The notes under the pieces were generated by a model. That model made no database searches and had not been told where the DNA came from. It saw only the letters and a program-made list of their open reading frames with translations. The translations under genes were made by a program, and so were the position numbers. From assembly GCA_963796965.1 (NCBI GenBank), contig CAWCNS010000011.1, positions 128,001 to 192,000 on the forward strand: a DNA stretch of 64,000 nt, read 5' to 3'. Shown here piece after piece: positions 34,130 through 45,560 of the stretch. How positions within the stretch are numbered: the stretch's first letter is position 1; the number at the start of each line of letters is the position of its first letter. Origin of the DNA: Calditrichia bacterium (GTDB lineage Bacteria; Calditrichota; Calditrichia; JAJRVZ01).

Positions 34130-34365
34130 CTCACACAGCGACGCGACGACGCAGCGAAAAATTATTAGAACCATTTTGTCATCCTGCAAGGATCTTCTAA
34201 TGTGTAGGATCGAACTCTTATGTAGGAAGATTCCTTTCCCGAAGCGCGATCCCGTTCCGGGACTGAATGACAACTAGATATATTTGAGTTAAGAATTAAT
34301 GCAAATCATATTCTTCCTCTTTTTAAGTATCAATATAAAATCGCCTCCGCGTTACATCGCTGCGA
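34130..34365. repeat. Nested intergenic inverted-repeat element inside the lemA operon
   Basis: Outer cagcgacgcgacgacgcagcg / cgcgttacatcgctgcg; inner tgtcatcc..gaatgaca. Confidence 0.6.
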
Positions 34366-34401
34366 AAAATTAATTATTGACTAATATAGAAACTGGAGTA
34401 T

Positions 34402-35166
34402 GTGATGAAATCTTTTTTAAATATAATCGTTCTACTTTGCATCATATCCTCGCTTTCTTTTAGTCAAGAAGCAATGCCAGAGAAGCCAGATTCCTGGGTA
34501 AATGATTATGCCGGGATATTATCTGCTGGTCAGAAATCTGAGTTGGATGGTATGCTTTCCGGATTGGAAAAACGTTCCTCAAATCAGATATTCATTGCCA
34601 TATTTCAGAAGATGCCTGAGAACACCTATCTGGAAGATTATGCTGTGAAGTTGTATGAAAAATGGGGACCGGGATTAGCGGATCAGGATAATGGCGTTTT
34701 GGTTCTGCTATTCATTGATGACCGGGAAGTGCGAATCGAGGTTGGGTACGGTTTAGAAGATGTCATTACGGATGCACAGTCCGGATCGGTGATCCGCAAT
34801 AATATGGCCCCCTTCTTCAGAAATGGAGAATATTTTCTTGGTTTGAGATCGGCCCTTGAAGTTCTCATTCCTGCTGCTGAGGGGAAATATCAGATCCCAA
34901 TAGAGGAAAAAGGACAGAAACGCAAAAAAACACCGTTCAGCACCTATATCACCCTCTTTATAATTTTCATGGTACTCTCGCGTATCTTCGGACGCCGACG
35001 CTATAGTAGTTACGGATCCAAGGGTCGTTCGAGTGGTTATGGGGGTCCGATTATGTGGGGCGGTTTTGGCGGCGGAAGATCTGGTGGTGGATTCGGCGGC
35101 GGTGGTGGCTTTGGTGGTGGTTTTGGTGGTATGTCTGGTGGAGGTGGAGCCAGCGGAAGCTGGTAA
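34402..35166 (+). CDS. TPM-domain protein (YgcG-like) with Gly-rich C-terminus
   Basis: WVNDYAGIL; DNGVLVL..DREVRIEVGYGLE; GGGGASGSW end. Confidence 0.92.
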   Translation: MMKSFLNIIVLLCIISSLSFSQEAMPEKPDSWVNDYAGILSAGQKSELDGMLSGLEKRSSNQIFIAIFQKMPENTYLEDYAVKLYEKWGPGLADQDNGVLVLLFIDDREVRIEVGYGLEDVITDAQSGSVIRNNMAPFFRNGEYFLGLRSALEVLIPAAEGKYQIPIEEKGQKRKKTPFSTYITLFIIFMVLSRIFGRRRYSSYGSKGRSSGYGGPIMWGGFGGGRSGGGFGGGGGFGGGFGGMSGGGGASGSW

Positions 35167-35170
35167 GTTA

Positions 35171-35290
35171 AATTCGGAACTCGGAATTCGGATTTTAGAT
35201 TCTGAATACAGGATACTTGCCTCTCGTAACTCGTGTCTTGCTTCTCGCATCTTGCGTTTAACGGTTCAATTTTCACATTTGACGTTTCAC
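35171..35290. repeat. 7-nt-period short tandem repeat tract
   Basis: aattcgg/aactcgg, tctcg/tcttgc, tttcaca/tttgacg units. Confidence 0.6.
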
Positions 35291-35322
35291 CATAAATATT
35301 TGACTAAAAAACGGAAAACAAT

Positions 35323-35760
35323 ATGGGCGTAGCCAATTTTTTCAATAAAGAAGAAAAAGATAAGATTATACAATCGATAAAAGATGCGGAATTAGCCACT
35401 TCCGGTGAGATTCGATTGCACATGGAATCCCGGTGTAAGGGAGAACCTTTGGATCGTGCTGTTGAGATGTTCGCTAAACTAAAAATGCATGATACCCAAT
35501 TGCGTAATGGCACGCTTATCTATCTTGCAGTAAAAGATCGTAAATTTGCCATCTTTGGCGATAAAGGCATAAATGAGATCGTCCCAGACAATTTTTGGGA
35601 GGAAGCCAAAGAAGAAATGCGTGGTTTTTTTGCCAAAAACGAATTTCAACAAGGGATCTCCCGCGGTATTTATCTGGTCGGAGAGAAGTTAAAAGAATTT
35701 TTTCCGTACCAGGATGATGATGTGAATGAATTGCCGGATGAGATTTCGATTGGTAATTAG
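35323..35760 (+). CDS. TPM-domain protein (short type)
   Basis: AELATSGEIRLH; RNGTLIYLA..FAIFGDKGI; DVNELPDEIS. Confidence 0.92.
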   Translation: MGVANFFNKEEKDKIIQSIKDAELATSGEIRLHMESRCKGEPLDRAVEMFAKLKMHDTQLRNGTLIYLAVKDRKFAIFGDKGINEIVPDNFWEEAKEEMRGFFAKNEFQQGISRGIYLVGEKLKEFFPYQDDDVNELPDEISIGN

Positions 35761-36257
35761 GAATTTGGAATTGTGGATTGATAGATTAATACGTGCTGTA
35801 TTTCACATCCTAATTTCTAAATCCTAAACAAATTCTAATCTCAAAATTTCAATACCCAATCTATATCCAATTCCTAATTCCACTTATCCCTTCTTGCATT
35901 TTAATTCATGTATCCTCCTCTTATTGGTCCATTGCAATTTACACTATTCGCTATTCATATTGAGCGGGGTGAGAAACTGCAGATATTTGTTTTAACTCCC
36001 TTCTTGTAAAAATTCGTAAAGTTCTCTTATATTATAATTGATTTTAAAAGACTTTTTTCAGTCGAAAAATTCATATATACTTATATCTGACTCAAGATCC
36101 GTTAAGCTTGTAGGTTAGATATCAAAAAACAACGCTAACAAATCGATAAAATACTTGCATTTCTGCAATAGATTCAATATCTATAATTAAATCTTACCAT
36201 TACTTCAGAGTAATCCAAATACAATAGAATATATCATTTTAACACTTATGGCAGATA

Positions 36258-38161
36258 ATGAATAGGAGAAATGCAATGGTTTCCCGTCAAGGAATCTTTT
36301 CGTTCTATATGTTTATTATTATTTTGATTCTTTCAAATCAATCTCTTTTTAGCCAGTCTTCGTATAATCTCACTAATAGTGGGGGGACCTCGTTGTTTTA
36401 TGTGAAAAATGATGGAAAGATAGGTATAGGCACTGTAGTCCCAGTAGAAATATTGGATGTAAGCGGTGCTATTAAAATCGGTACAACATCGACTGCCAAT
36501 TCCGGTACAATCCGCTGGACCGGTACAGATTTCGAGGGTTATAATGGCAGTAGCTGGAGTTCTTTAACCTCAGGAAGCAGTGGCAGTGATGGCGACTGGA
36601 CGATTTCCGGTAGTAATATTTTCTCTACAGTTTCCGGAAATGTGGGTATTGGTATTTCAATCCCGTCCTATAAACTAGAAGTTCTTCAAACTGGAACTGC
36701 ACGAGCAGGATATCTTCGAATTGATAATACCAATAATTCAGATTACGCATTTTTTGCTGAGACTAACAGTTCTATGAACGGAAGTGCTATTGGCGGCTAT
36801 AATTCATTCTCTGGTTCTACCGCACAAATTGCCGGGTATTATGGTATCTATGGGTATTCATCTAATGGAAATGGTGTCTATGGCTATTCATCTAACACCT
36901 ACGGTGTCAATGGTTATAGCGCTTCAAGACTATGGCATTTATGGCAGGAGCTCAAATACTTTTGGTGTTTATGGGAGGAGCACATCAACAGGATCTGCTG
37001 GAGTTTATGGTTTCCAAGCCAACCGCCAGAACTATGGTTATTTAGGTGGGTATGGCGAGGGCGTTTATGGCCGTGGTAACAATGGAATTGGTGTATATGG
37101 GAATAGTACAAGTAGTCAAGGAATCTATGGATCCAGTTCAAGTTCCTACGGAGTATATGGTTATAGTAGTAATTATCGTGGTGTGCAAGGCTATCACAGT
37201 AGTGGAAATTATGCTTTTCTAGGGAACTCTAGTTATGGTGTGTACGCAATAAATAATTCGGGGGGCTCAAATGGAGCCCTGGCTATGAGTACCACTGGCG
37301 TCTATGGTTATCATGGCTCCGGGACTGGAATAAGGGGAACTTCAGGTTCAGGTATTTCAGTTGAAGGAGATTATGTATAGTACGGGTATTGCAGGAAAAT
37401 TTACTATTGATAATACATCGAGTACAAGTGATGCTTTATATGTTTCAACTAATGGAACAGGTAGAGCAGCTTACCTTGGTGGAAATGTTGATGTTACGGG
37501 AACACTTAGCAAAGGTAGCGGTTCATTCAAGATAGATCACCCGCTTGACCCGGAGAATAAATATTTATATCATTCCTTCGTAGAATCTCCAGATATGATG
37601 AACGTGTATAATGGAAATGTAATTTTAGATGCTAGTGGTGCAGCTGTAGTGCAGCTGCCAGAATGGTTTGATGCGCTTAATAAAGATTACCGTTATCAAC
37701 TCACTGCCATAGGTGCTCCAGCACCGAATTTGCATATCGCCGAAAAAATAAACAACAATCGGTTCAGGCTTGCCGGAGGAGAACCGGGAACGGAGGTATC
37801 CTGGCAAGTAACTGGCATCCGACAGGATGCCTATGCGAATAAAAACCGTATCAAGGTTGAGGTAGAAAAGTCTGAAAATGATCGTGGAAAATATTTGCAT
37901 CCTAATGCATTTGGGCTTCCTGAAACAGTTAATATAAATTATGAGTCAACCCAAAAACACAAAGAGGAAGAACAAAGACTTGAAAAGGAGAGAGTTGAAA
38001 TGAAGCAGGATGTTGAGAAAATGAATCAAGAAATCCAACAGAGGGAACTTGAAAGACAAAGAATGGATCAAGAGATGGAGCAGGCCCGACAAAAAGATGA
38101 GGTATTTGAAAAAGAACGCGAGAAAATCGATGCTAAACGACAGAATCAGATAATAAAATGA
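36258..38161 (+). CDS. Secreted tail-fibre-like protein with GVYG repeats and putative intramolecular chaperone domain; two frameshifts
   Basis: Signal peptide; GKIGIGT; GTIRWTGTDFEGY; many G(V/I)YG repeats; GSGSFKIDHPLDPENKYLYHSFVES..YQLT..VSWQVTGIRQD; coiled-coil tail. Confidence 0.7.
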
Positions 38162-38197
38162 TTTTTATTATACAACTCAACATTACAGGTAAAAATA

Positions 38198-39709
38198 ATG
38201 CATTATAAGAAAAAAGCATTTTCTAATAATGATGAGGGTATACCCCAATCAGCGTTGCATAAAATTCTAATATTTACATTATTTTTGTTCGTAGAACTAT
38301 CGACTCTTCATGCTCAGGTTAACATGAACATATCAAATGAAAACACAGTTACAATAAGCGAAGATATGCGGTTATATATCAGTGGAAATTGGATTAATAA
38401 TGGTACGTTTATCGCTGGGAGTAGCACGGTATATTTTAATGGAACGGATACGCAGACCATTGACCATACCTCGAATGAGTCTTATAATAATATGACCATA
38501 GATAAATCTGCAGGATCTGTACAACTCGATTGTAGTGTAGAGATTTTAGGCGCGATATCCTTAGCCACCGGTAAAGTAACCAGTTCTTCATCTAATCCGT
38601 TAATTATTTCATCATCAGGCAGTGTAAATGGAGGTGGTGAAAACGAGCTTTGTCGACGGTCCTATGATACATACTTTTGCATCCTCATCCAGCATTGAAA
38701 AGGTATTTCCGATTGGAAAAGGAAGTACTTATCGCCCATTATCTTTAACTATCACCCATGATGTAAGCACAGAAACCCAATATACCGCTGAAGTTTTTAA
38801 TCAAGAACCGTCAACCAGAAATCTACCCTCGGGCATTAATAAAGTTTCTTCTGTTCGTTATTTTAATGTGAGTAAGAGTAGTGGAGCAAATACCACAGCA
38901 GCCTATATCACCCTAAATTATGGTGAAGATGATGGTGTATCAGATCCTGTGAATTTAAGAATTCTGAAAGATGATGGTGCCGGGAATTGGATCAATCTAG
39001 CCGGAGAGGGTACTGATATTGGTTCGGGATCAATTAGCTCAACCACAGATTTTACATCCTTTAGCGATTTTGCGCTTGGAAATGCTTCTGATGGTGACAA
39101 TTCTTTACCTGTTCAACTTGTTAATTTTGAAGGTGCAGTTGTAAAAAATGTTGCCACCTTAACATGGGCAACTGAATCTGAATTGGAAAACCTGGGTTTT
39201 GAAATATACCGCTCATCTCAAAAATTCGGTGATTATCACTTGATCAGCAGCTGATATTAATAATCCAAATCTTATTGGACAGGGAAATTCATCTCTGAGG
39301 CAGACTTATCTTTTTACTGACCTTAGTGCGACACGAGGAGATACCTTATGGTATAAACTTGCTGACGTTAACCTTGACGGGACCTCAACATTCCATAATA
39401 CCGTTGCGGTCAATTCCCGGCATATTGTTATTGATTTCCATATTAATCAGAATTACCCCAATCCGTTTAATCTTTATAACAACAATAAGTTATGATATGC
39501 CTAAAGCAACAGGTATTGATCTTACTATATATAATGCGATAGGTCAAAAAGTACGTACTTTGGTTTCAGGTTATGCAGAAGCCGGTAAACATAAGATACA
39601 ATGGGATGCGCGTGATGATAAAGGATATGAAATGGCCAGTGGCGTTTATATCTATCGATTTTCAACCAAAGAATTTAGCAAAACAGGGAAGATGATTCTT
39701 ATGAAATAG
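38198..39709 (+). CDS. Secreted protein with LPV-LxxF module and FlgD-Ig / T9SS type-A-like C-terminal domain; frameshifted
   Basis: FSDFALG..LPVQLVNF..WATESELENLGFEIYR; QNYPNPFN; IYNAIGQKVRTL..WDARDDKG..ASGVYIY..KMILMK. Confidence 0.8.
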
Positions 39710-39912
39710 TATCATATGATACTAACTATAAATAAGGAAAATTTTCCTAAACGTAAATAATCAAATAACAAAAGTAAAAATTATGAGTTCCCGCCTACTG
39801 TCTGCGTCTCCCAGTTTCCAAATTATTCCCCATCTCCAGGTCCCATTGTATCTTACCCTCCGATTTTGTATGTTTAAACGAATTTATTTCCTCAATTTCT
39901 AAACCGGCGAAC

Positions 39913-42208
39913 ATGTCCAAACACAATAAAAAGACTAATGGCACTCAGGAGCCTACTTTTGCCCGTGATCTTGGGTTATTTGATGCCACGATGATCGGTG
40001 TCGGCGCTATGATCGGGGCTGGAATCTTTGTCCTTACCGGCATTGCCGCCGGTGAAGCCGGACCTGCTTCAATACTGGCATTTGGACTAAATGGTGTCGT
40101 CACCCTCCTTACTGCCTTCGCTTATGCAGAGCTTGCCTCGGCGATCCCCCGCGCTGGTGGTGGCTATTCGTTTGTTCGGATGGCTTTTCCTGGTGCAACC
40201 GGATTCATTGCCGGGTGGATGCTCTGGTTTGCTTATACGGTCGCTTGCAGTCTCTACGCCCTCGGATTCGCCGGCTATTTCTGGGAGTTTTTCCTAAAAT
40301 ATTTTCCTCAAGTTGCTTCTCTGGCCATGGGAGTGGCCAGTGAGCATTCGGCCCTTCTCATCATTACAGTTTTAATTGGATCACTTTTTGTCTGGCTCAA
40401 CGTGCGTGGAGCAGAGGTGACTGGAAAGACAGAAAATATTTTAACTGTTTCAAAACTTATTATTCTTTGTATTTTTATTTTCTTTGGGATCAAACAAATA
40501 TTTTTTCAATCCGATCCAATTACCACAAATCTTACCCCATTTTTCCCAAAGGGCTTTGGTGGCGTTCTTCTGGCCATGGGTCTCACTTTTATAGCCTTCG
40601 AAGGTTACGATCTGATCGCCACCGTCGCCGAAGAGATCAAAGAACCTGAAAAGAATATCCCTCGTGCCACATTTATTGCCCTGAGTATGACCGTGGTTAT
40701 CTACCTGTTAATATTATTTGTATCTCTCGTCGCCATTGATAGTGCTAATGAACCAAGCTGGCAGTTTTTAGGAAAATTTAAAGAAACCGCCATTGTCCGC
40801 GCTGCAGAAAATTTTATGCCCGCCATTGGTGTGCTGGTTATTGTTTTCGGTGGATTGTTATCCACCATGTCTGCTCTCAATGCAACGGTCATGGCTGCTT
40901 CCCGCGTATCCTTTTCAATGGGACGGGATCTATTACTGCCCAAAAAAATGTCAGAAATTCACCGGGAACGGCGGACGCCCTATATCGCAATCATAACGAC
41001 AGGTTTTATTTTACTGATTATGGCCATAACGCTTCCAATTGAAGCAGTTGGTTCAGCGGCCAGTCTTATCTTTTTACTAACCTTTGCCCTGGTTAATCTT
41101 TCTGTTATTGTCCTGAGACGTAAATATCCGGAGATCCCCCGAAGATATAAGGTACCCCTCTATCCGGTTATTCCGGTTGCCGGTTTTCTCCTTAACATCT
41201 TCCTTGCTCTTTATCAGTTTAATTTCCAACCAATAGCCTGGTACGTTACAATTGCCTGGATTGCCATCGGACTACTTATTTACTATGCCGTATTTGAAAA
41301 AAGGGCCTCCGTTCTGGAACCACAGGTATTATTACCAGGGAATCTAAATACTATTCCTGAAGAGGAGCCTTCAATTGTTGTTGCCCTTTATAATCCTGAT
41401 CATGTTAACACATTAATTGACTTTGCGTACCCGGTTGCCCGGGAACGCAACACCAGGTTGATTGCAATTTGTGTGGTTACCGTTCCCCGGCAGATACCCA
41501 TTCATGAAGGTTTGCGTTTTGCCCATCACAAAGAAGCCATCCTCGCCAAGGCAAAAAAATATGCCGGAGAGATTGGTGTAGATCTCCAAACTGAAATCAT
41601 CATAGCCCATAATGCCTCCGATGGGATACTCACCGCGGCCGAGAAGCATCATGCTTCTGTGTTGGTCATGGGATGGAAAGGTTTCACCAACGCCACGGGA
41701 TCGTATTTTTGGTGAAATAGCAGATCGAATCATTCGTTATGCGCCCTGTGATTTAATGGTCTTAAAAATTGAGAATGGTGGTATAATTAAAAATTGCTTG
41801 TTACCGACTGCCGGTGGGCCTAATGCTCTGCTTGCCTCCTGCATTCTAAATACCGTGGCCAGTGAAAACAAGTTTTCTGTGACGGGTGGTTTTATCCTAC
41901 CAGAGACCTTTAATGAAGAAGATGAAGCGTTTGCTTTTCAGAAGATTGAAGAAACATTGGAATGTTTGGAATCATCTATAAATACTAAAAAAAGGTTAAT
42001 CAGCTCAAAATCAATTGCAGGTGGTATTGCCAAAACCAGCCGGGAATATGATTTGGTGGTTATCGGTGCTGCAAAAGAACCCTTTTTTCGAAAGATGCTC
42101 TTTGGTGAAATCCCTGAGAAAGTTGCCCGATACTCACCGACTTCGGTTCTGGTAGTTAAAAAATACGAAGGGGTTGTGAAGAATACATTGAAGAAAATTT
42201 TAGGGTAA
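39913..42208 (+). CDS. APC amino-acid permease fused to two universal-stress-protein domains; frameshift near 41700
   Basis: GVGAMIGAGIF; FIAFEGY..VAEEIKEPEKNIP; VMGW..IFGEIADRIIRYAPCD; VIGA..LFGEIPEKVAR. Confidence 0.88.
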
Positions 42209-42324
42209 ATGAGTAAAGAAAAACCACAAAGGACACTAAGAAGGCACGAATAGCAGGAAGATTTAAGCAGATGTAGTCCATCTTGAAGATGGACTACATC
42301 TCTATAATATTTTTTAGGATATCC

Positions 42325-43503
42325 ATGCAAAAACAAATTTATCTCGTCATTTTTTCATTGCTCCTGGTATTAGATTGCCTTGCTCAGAGAACAATATCTG
42401 TATTGTATTTTGAGAATACCAAAGAAGATCCCGAGTATCAGTGGCTGCATAAAGGCCTCGCCGATATGTTAATTACAGATCTTGCTGGTACCCCTGGGAT
42501 TCATATCGTAGAGCGTGAAGCGCTGGAAAAAATACTAAATGAGCAAGCCCTCAGTTTAAGCGGTTTGATGGAGGATCACCCGGCTATTGAAGTGGGAAAA
42601 TTGCTTCAGGCTGAGATACTTCTCTACGGCGCTTATATCATCCATGATGATGAAATTCGTATTGATCTCAGAATTGCAGAAGTAACCAGTGGACAAATCA
42701 TCCATGGTTTTGAGGTACAAGGCGAGGTCGATGATCTTTTTGATCTGGAAGTGAATATAGTCAAACAGATAAAAGAAAAACTAAAACTCAAACCTCAACA
42801 GATTCCCAGAGCAGCAGACACCAAATCAGTTAAAGCATTAGCACGTTTTTATACAGGTTTGGATTATCTCGATAATAAACGCTACGAAGAGGCCCAGGTA
42901 CAGTTTAATATGGCTAAAGAACTGGATCCGCTTTTTTACCGTGCGCAGGAAAGTCTGGCAGAATCCTATAAATTTCTAAAAGCCTTTAAGGAATACAGAC
43001 AACAACGGGAAATTGCTGAACTCTATTCAAAAATTAAGATTTTACAAGAAAGAATTGATGCTCCCGATTGGCTTTCCTTTTCCGATATCGTCCAATCACC
43101 CCAATATCAGGCCATGAGTATCGAAGAACAGCAGGCTTTTAATGCCTCACATAACGAATATCTGATTTGTCAAACCCGGGCACAATGTACCTGGCATATG
43201 ATGATCACATTTTATGAAATTGGCAATAAATATGGTCAGTATTACAACGATACGACCCAACAAAACGCTTTCTTTCAGAGGATTGTTGAAACGGGAAATA
43301 AATCCAAAGAGACCTATGCGACAGATCCCTTTCTTCCTGAGATCCTCTACTTCCGTCTGGTAGCTCTGTATAGCCTCAAAGAATATGATCAATTGAAATC
43401 ATCCGCTGAAGAATTTATGGTTACCTATCCGGATTTTCGAATGGTTGAAACGGTTGAGGATTATTATCAGAAAGCGTTGGAGGCGCACACGAAGAAGCAG
43501 TGA
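42325..43503 (+). CDS. Secreted CsgG/FlgO-like (TolB-N) domain protein with TPR-like helices
   Basis: Signal peptide; ISVLYFEN..GLADMLITDL..IVERE..EQALS..VGKLLQA; A..LDP TPR motif. Confidence 0.75.
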   Translation: MQKQIYLVIFSLLLVLDCLAQRTISVLYFENTKEDPEYQWLHKGLADMLITDLAGTPGIHIVEREALEKILNEQALSLSGLMEDHPAIEVGKLLQAEILLYGAYIIHDDEIRIDLRIAEVTSGQIIHGFEVQGEVDDLFDLEVNIVKQIKEKLKLKPQQIPRAADTKSVKALARFYTGLDYLDNKRYEEAQVQFNMAKELDPLFYRAQESLAESYKFLKAFKEYRQQREIAELYSKIKILQERIDAPDWLSFSDIVQSPQYQAMSIEEQQAFNASHNEYLICQTRAQCTWHMMITFYEIGNKYGQYYNDTTQQNAFFQRIVETGNKSKETYATDPFLPEILYFRLVALYSLKEYDQLKSSAEEFMVTYPDFRMVETVEDYYQKALEAHTKKQ

Positions 43504-43790
43504 AGAGTTGAGAGTAGAGCGTAGAGAGAAAAAGAGAAGAGCGAGGAAAGTTGAGAGTCAAGATTGTAGGGGCGATCCCGGGGTGTAAATCAATGTTCAT
43601 GCAGCATCAGACCCATGTGTCTGGCCTATCCAATAACACCAAAAATTAATTTTCAAACATTTTAAATATCAGGGAAAGTAATTAGGGAAAAAATAATTCG
43701 TGAAATTCGTATTAATTTGTGTAATTCGTGGTAGATTTTGTAACTAAATCCGCGGAAATCCGTTTTATCAGCGTCATCAGCGTTCTATAA
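43501..43790. repeat. Mosaic of intergenic repeat half-elements
   Basis: agagtag/agcgtag heptamers; gtaggggcga..; aattcgtg x3; atccgcggaaatccg..atcagcgtcatcagcgttcta (same family as 33129-33350). Confidence 0.6.
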
Positions 43791-43804
43791 ACATTACCAT
43801 ATAC

Positions 43805-43835
43805 AAAAAAACCCCGGCTATTGCTAACCGGGGTT
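43805..43835 (-). terminator. Rho-independent terminator of the csp gene
   Basis: Minus strand aaccccggttagcaatagccggggtt followed by a U tract. Confidence 0.85.
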
Positions 43836-43856
43836 AAGTTGAAACAAACGACTAAC

Positions 43857-44057
43857 TTAAACTTTAGTTACGTTAGTGGCTTGCAAGCCTTTCGGACCTT
43901 CAGTAACTTCGAATTGGACTTTTTCGCCTTCTTCTAAAGTTCTGAATCCTTCGCCTTCAATGGAACGATAGTGAACAAATACATCTTCACCTTCTTCTCT
44001 GGAAATAAAACCAAAGCCTTTAGAACCGTTGAACCACTTTACAATTCCTGTTTCCAT
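43857..44057 (-). CDS. csp: Cold-shock protein (CspA family)
   Basis: [38 protein letters not shown] before ATG 44057. Confidence 0.97.
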   Translation of the reverse strand: METGIVKWFNGSKGFGFISREEGEDVFVHYRSIEGEGFRTLEEGEKVQFEVTEGPKGLQATNVTKV

Positions 44058-44244
44058 TAAAAAATACCTCACTAAAATAAATACTGCGTACAACTTAAAT
44101 CTTAGCCGGCCCTCCGGGCATAAAAAAAATCACTCAGAACGGATTACCATTCGTCACGATTTTTAACAATAAAAACGAGTTTTATTAAAACCAAATGTTA
44201 AAAACGGATTGTCGGTAAAGCAGTGTACATTAACTGTGAGTATT

Positions 44245-44273
44245 ATTTTACAAAATTTCATTTCACAAATCAA
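44245..44273 (-). promoter_or_regulatory. Sigma70 promoter giving csp a ~180-nt 5' UTR
   Basis: Minus strand TTGATT-17 bp-TAAAAT. Confidence 0.6.
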
Positions 44274-44369
44274 GTAAAATCGTGCTCTTCAGACATTTTA
44301 TAGAATTTGTACCCTTCAGATACAATTCATCTTAGAGGTAAAAACGCTGTTAAAATTATTCATAGAAAT

Positions 44370-45375
44370 CTAATGATTTGCCGTAAGAAGTTTTTTATAC
44401 GTGCGAAATCCGACCATTCGGGCGTTTTTTTCATCCCATAATCTGAATTTTATCGTCTTCAAACTTTCCCAGATTGTAATTGGTTTAACATTACTAAAAA
44501 CATTTACTTCTTCATGACAGGATTGTAAATAATAATTTGGGATTCGTGCATTTAAATGATGAACGTGGTGATATCCAATATTCCCTGTAAACCATTGTAG
44601 AACAGCCGGTAAACGATAAAATGAACTACCCTTTATAGCCTGCCATATAAAAATCCCAATTTTCATGTTTTTGCCAATAGGAATCCTCGAATTGGTGCTG
44701 CACATAAAACAACCACACACCTGCAGAATTTGATATGAGGATTATAGGCAAAAGGATGAGTGCCAGGTTTCCAAACCCAATCAGATAACCGAATAAAAGT
44801 ATTGTCATTACCAGAAAGAGATTATTTAGATGTACACTCCTCCGCTCTCTTTTTTTTGCCCCTTTTGTTACCATTCGATTGCTGATCAAAAACAAGTAAA
44901 GTGATCCAAAACCGAATAAAACAATGGGATTACGATATAAACGATACCAAAAGCGATTTAATTTGGACATTTCTTTGTATTCTTCAACAGTTACCGTCCA
45001 AACATCGCCCACACCTCTTCTATCCAGATCCGAGCATGTAGCATGATGACGCGCATGATTAAAACGCCAGTCCTGGTAAGGAACAAAAGTGATAATTCCG
45101 GTAATAAAGCCAACGATATTATTGAGCCTGTGTGACTTAAAAAATGATCCATGACCACAATCATGGAAAATGATAAAGATGCGTACCAATAATCCAGCAG
45201 CTGGAACAGCCAATAACAACGTCAACCAATAAGAATAATCCAGACTTTGGTACATTAACACCAATAATAAAAAATAGGGGATTGCCGAGTTAATTATTTG
45301 CCAAATGCTTCTACGTAAATCAGGTTGGTACTTTTTTGATAGTTGGTTGATATCTATCTCTGTAGACTTGCTCAT
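44370..45375 (-). CDS. Membrane fatty-acid desaturase (Bacillus Des-like); one frameshift near 44640
   Basis: His boxes HDCGH, HARHH, HHVHH; GVGDVWT; WLFYVQHQFE; RIPNYYL. Confidence 0.92.
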
Positions 45376-45440
45376 CTTAAAATTTTCCCCAAGATATAAC
45401 AATTGTCAAAGAATTGATCTAATCGTCTTTTTATATCACG

Positions 45441-45478
45441 TTAATGTAACGGCACGATTAATCGTGTCGCTACATTAA
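45441..45478. repeat. REP-like hairpin
   Basis: ttaatgtaacggcacgattaatcgtgtcgctacattaa. Confidence 0.6.
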
Positions 45479-45560
45479 CTATTAATTTATTCATAAATCA
45501 CGACGTATACAAAAAGTCCTGCTTAACAATGCATCAAAATAAAATGCCATTAAGAAATTC

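Noticed and set aside
33517..35760. LemA-TPM-TPM as a novel system
   Set aside because: This is a widespread, already described gene trio.
36258..38161. Prophage
   Set aside because: The fibre-like gene has a signal peptide and no capsid, terminase or integrase neighbours.
39240..39260. Selenocysteine or TGA readthrough at the stop of ORF 38628..39254
   Set aside because: The protein continues in a different frame (INNPNLIGQGNSS), so it is an indel, not readthrough.
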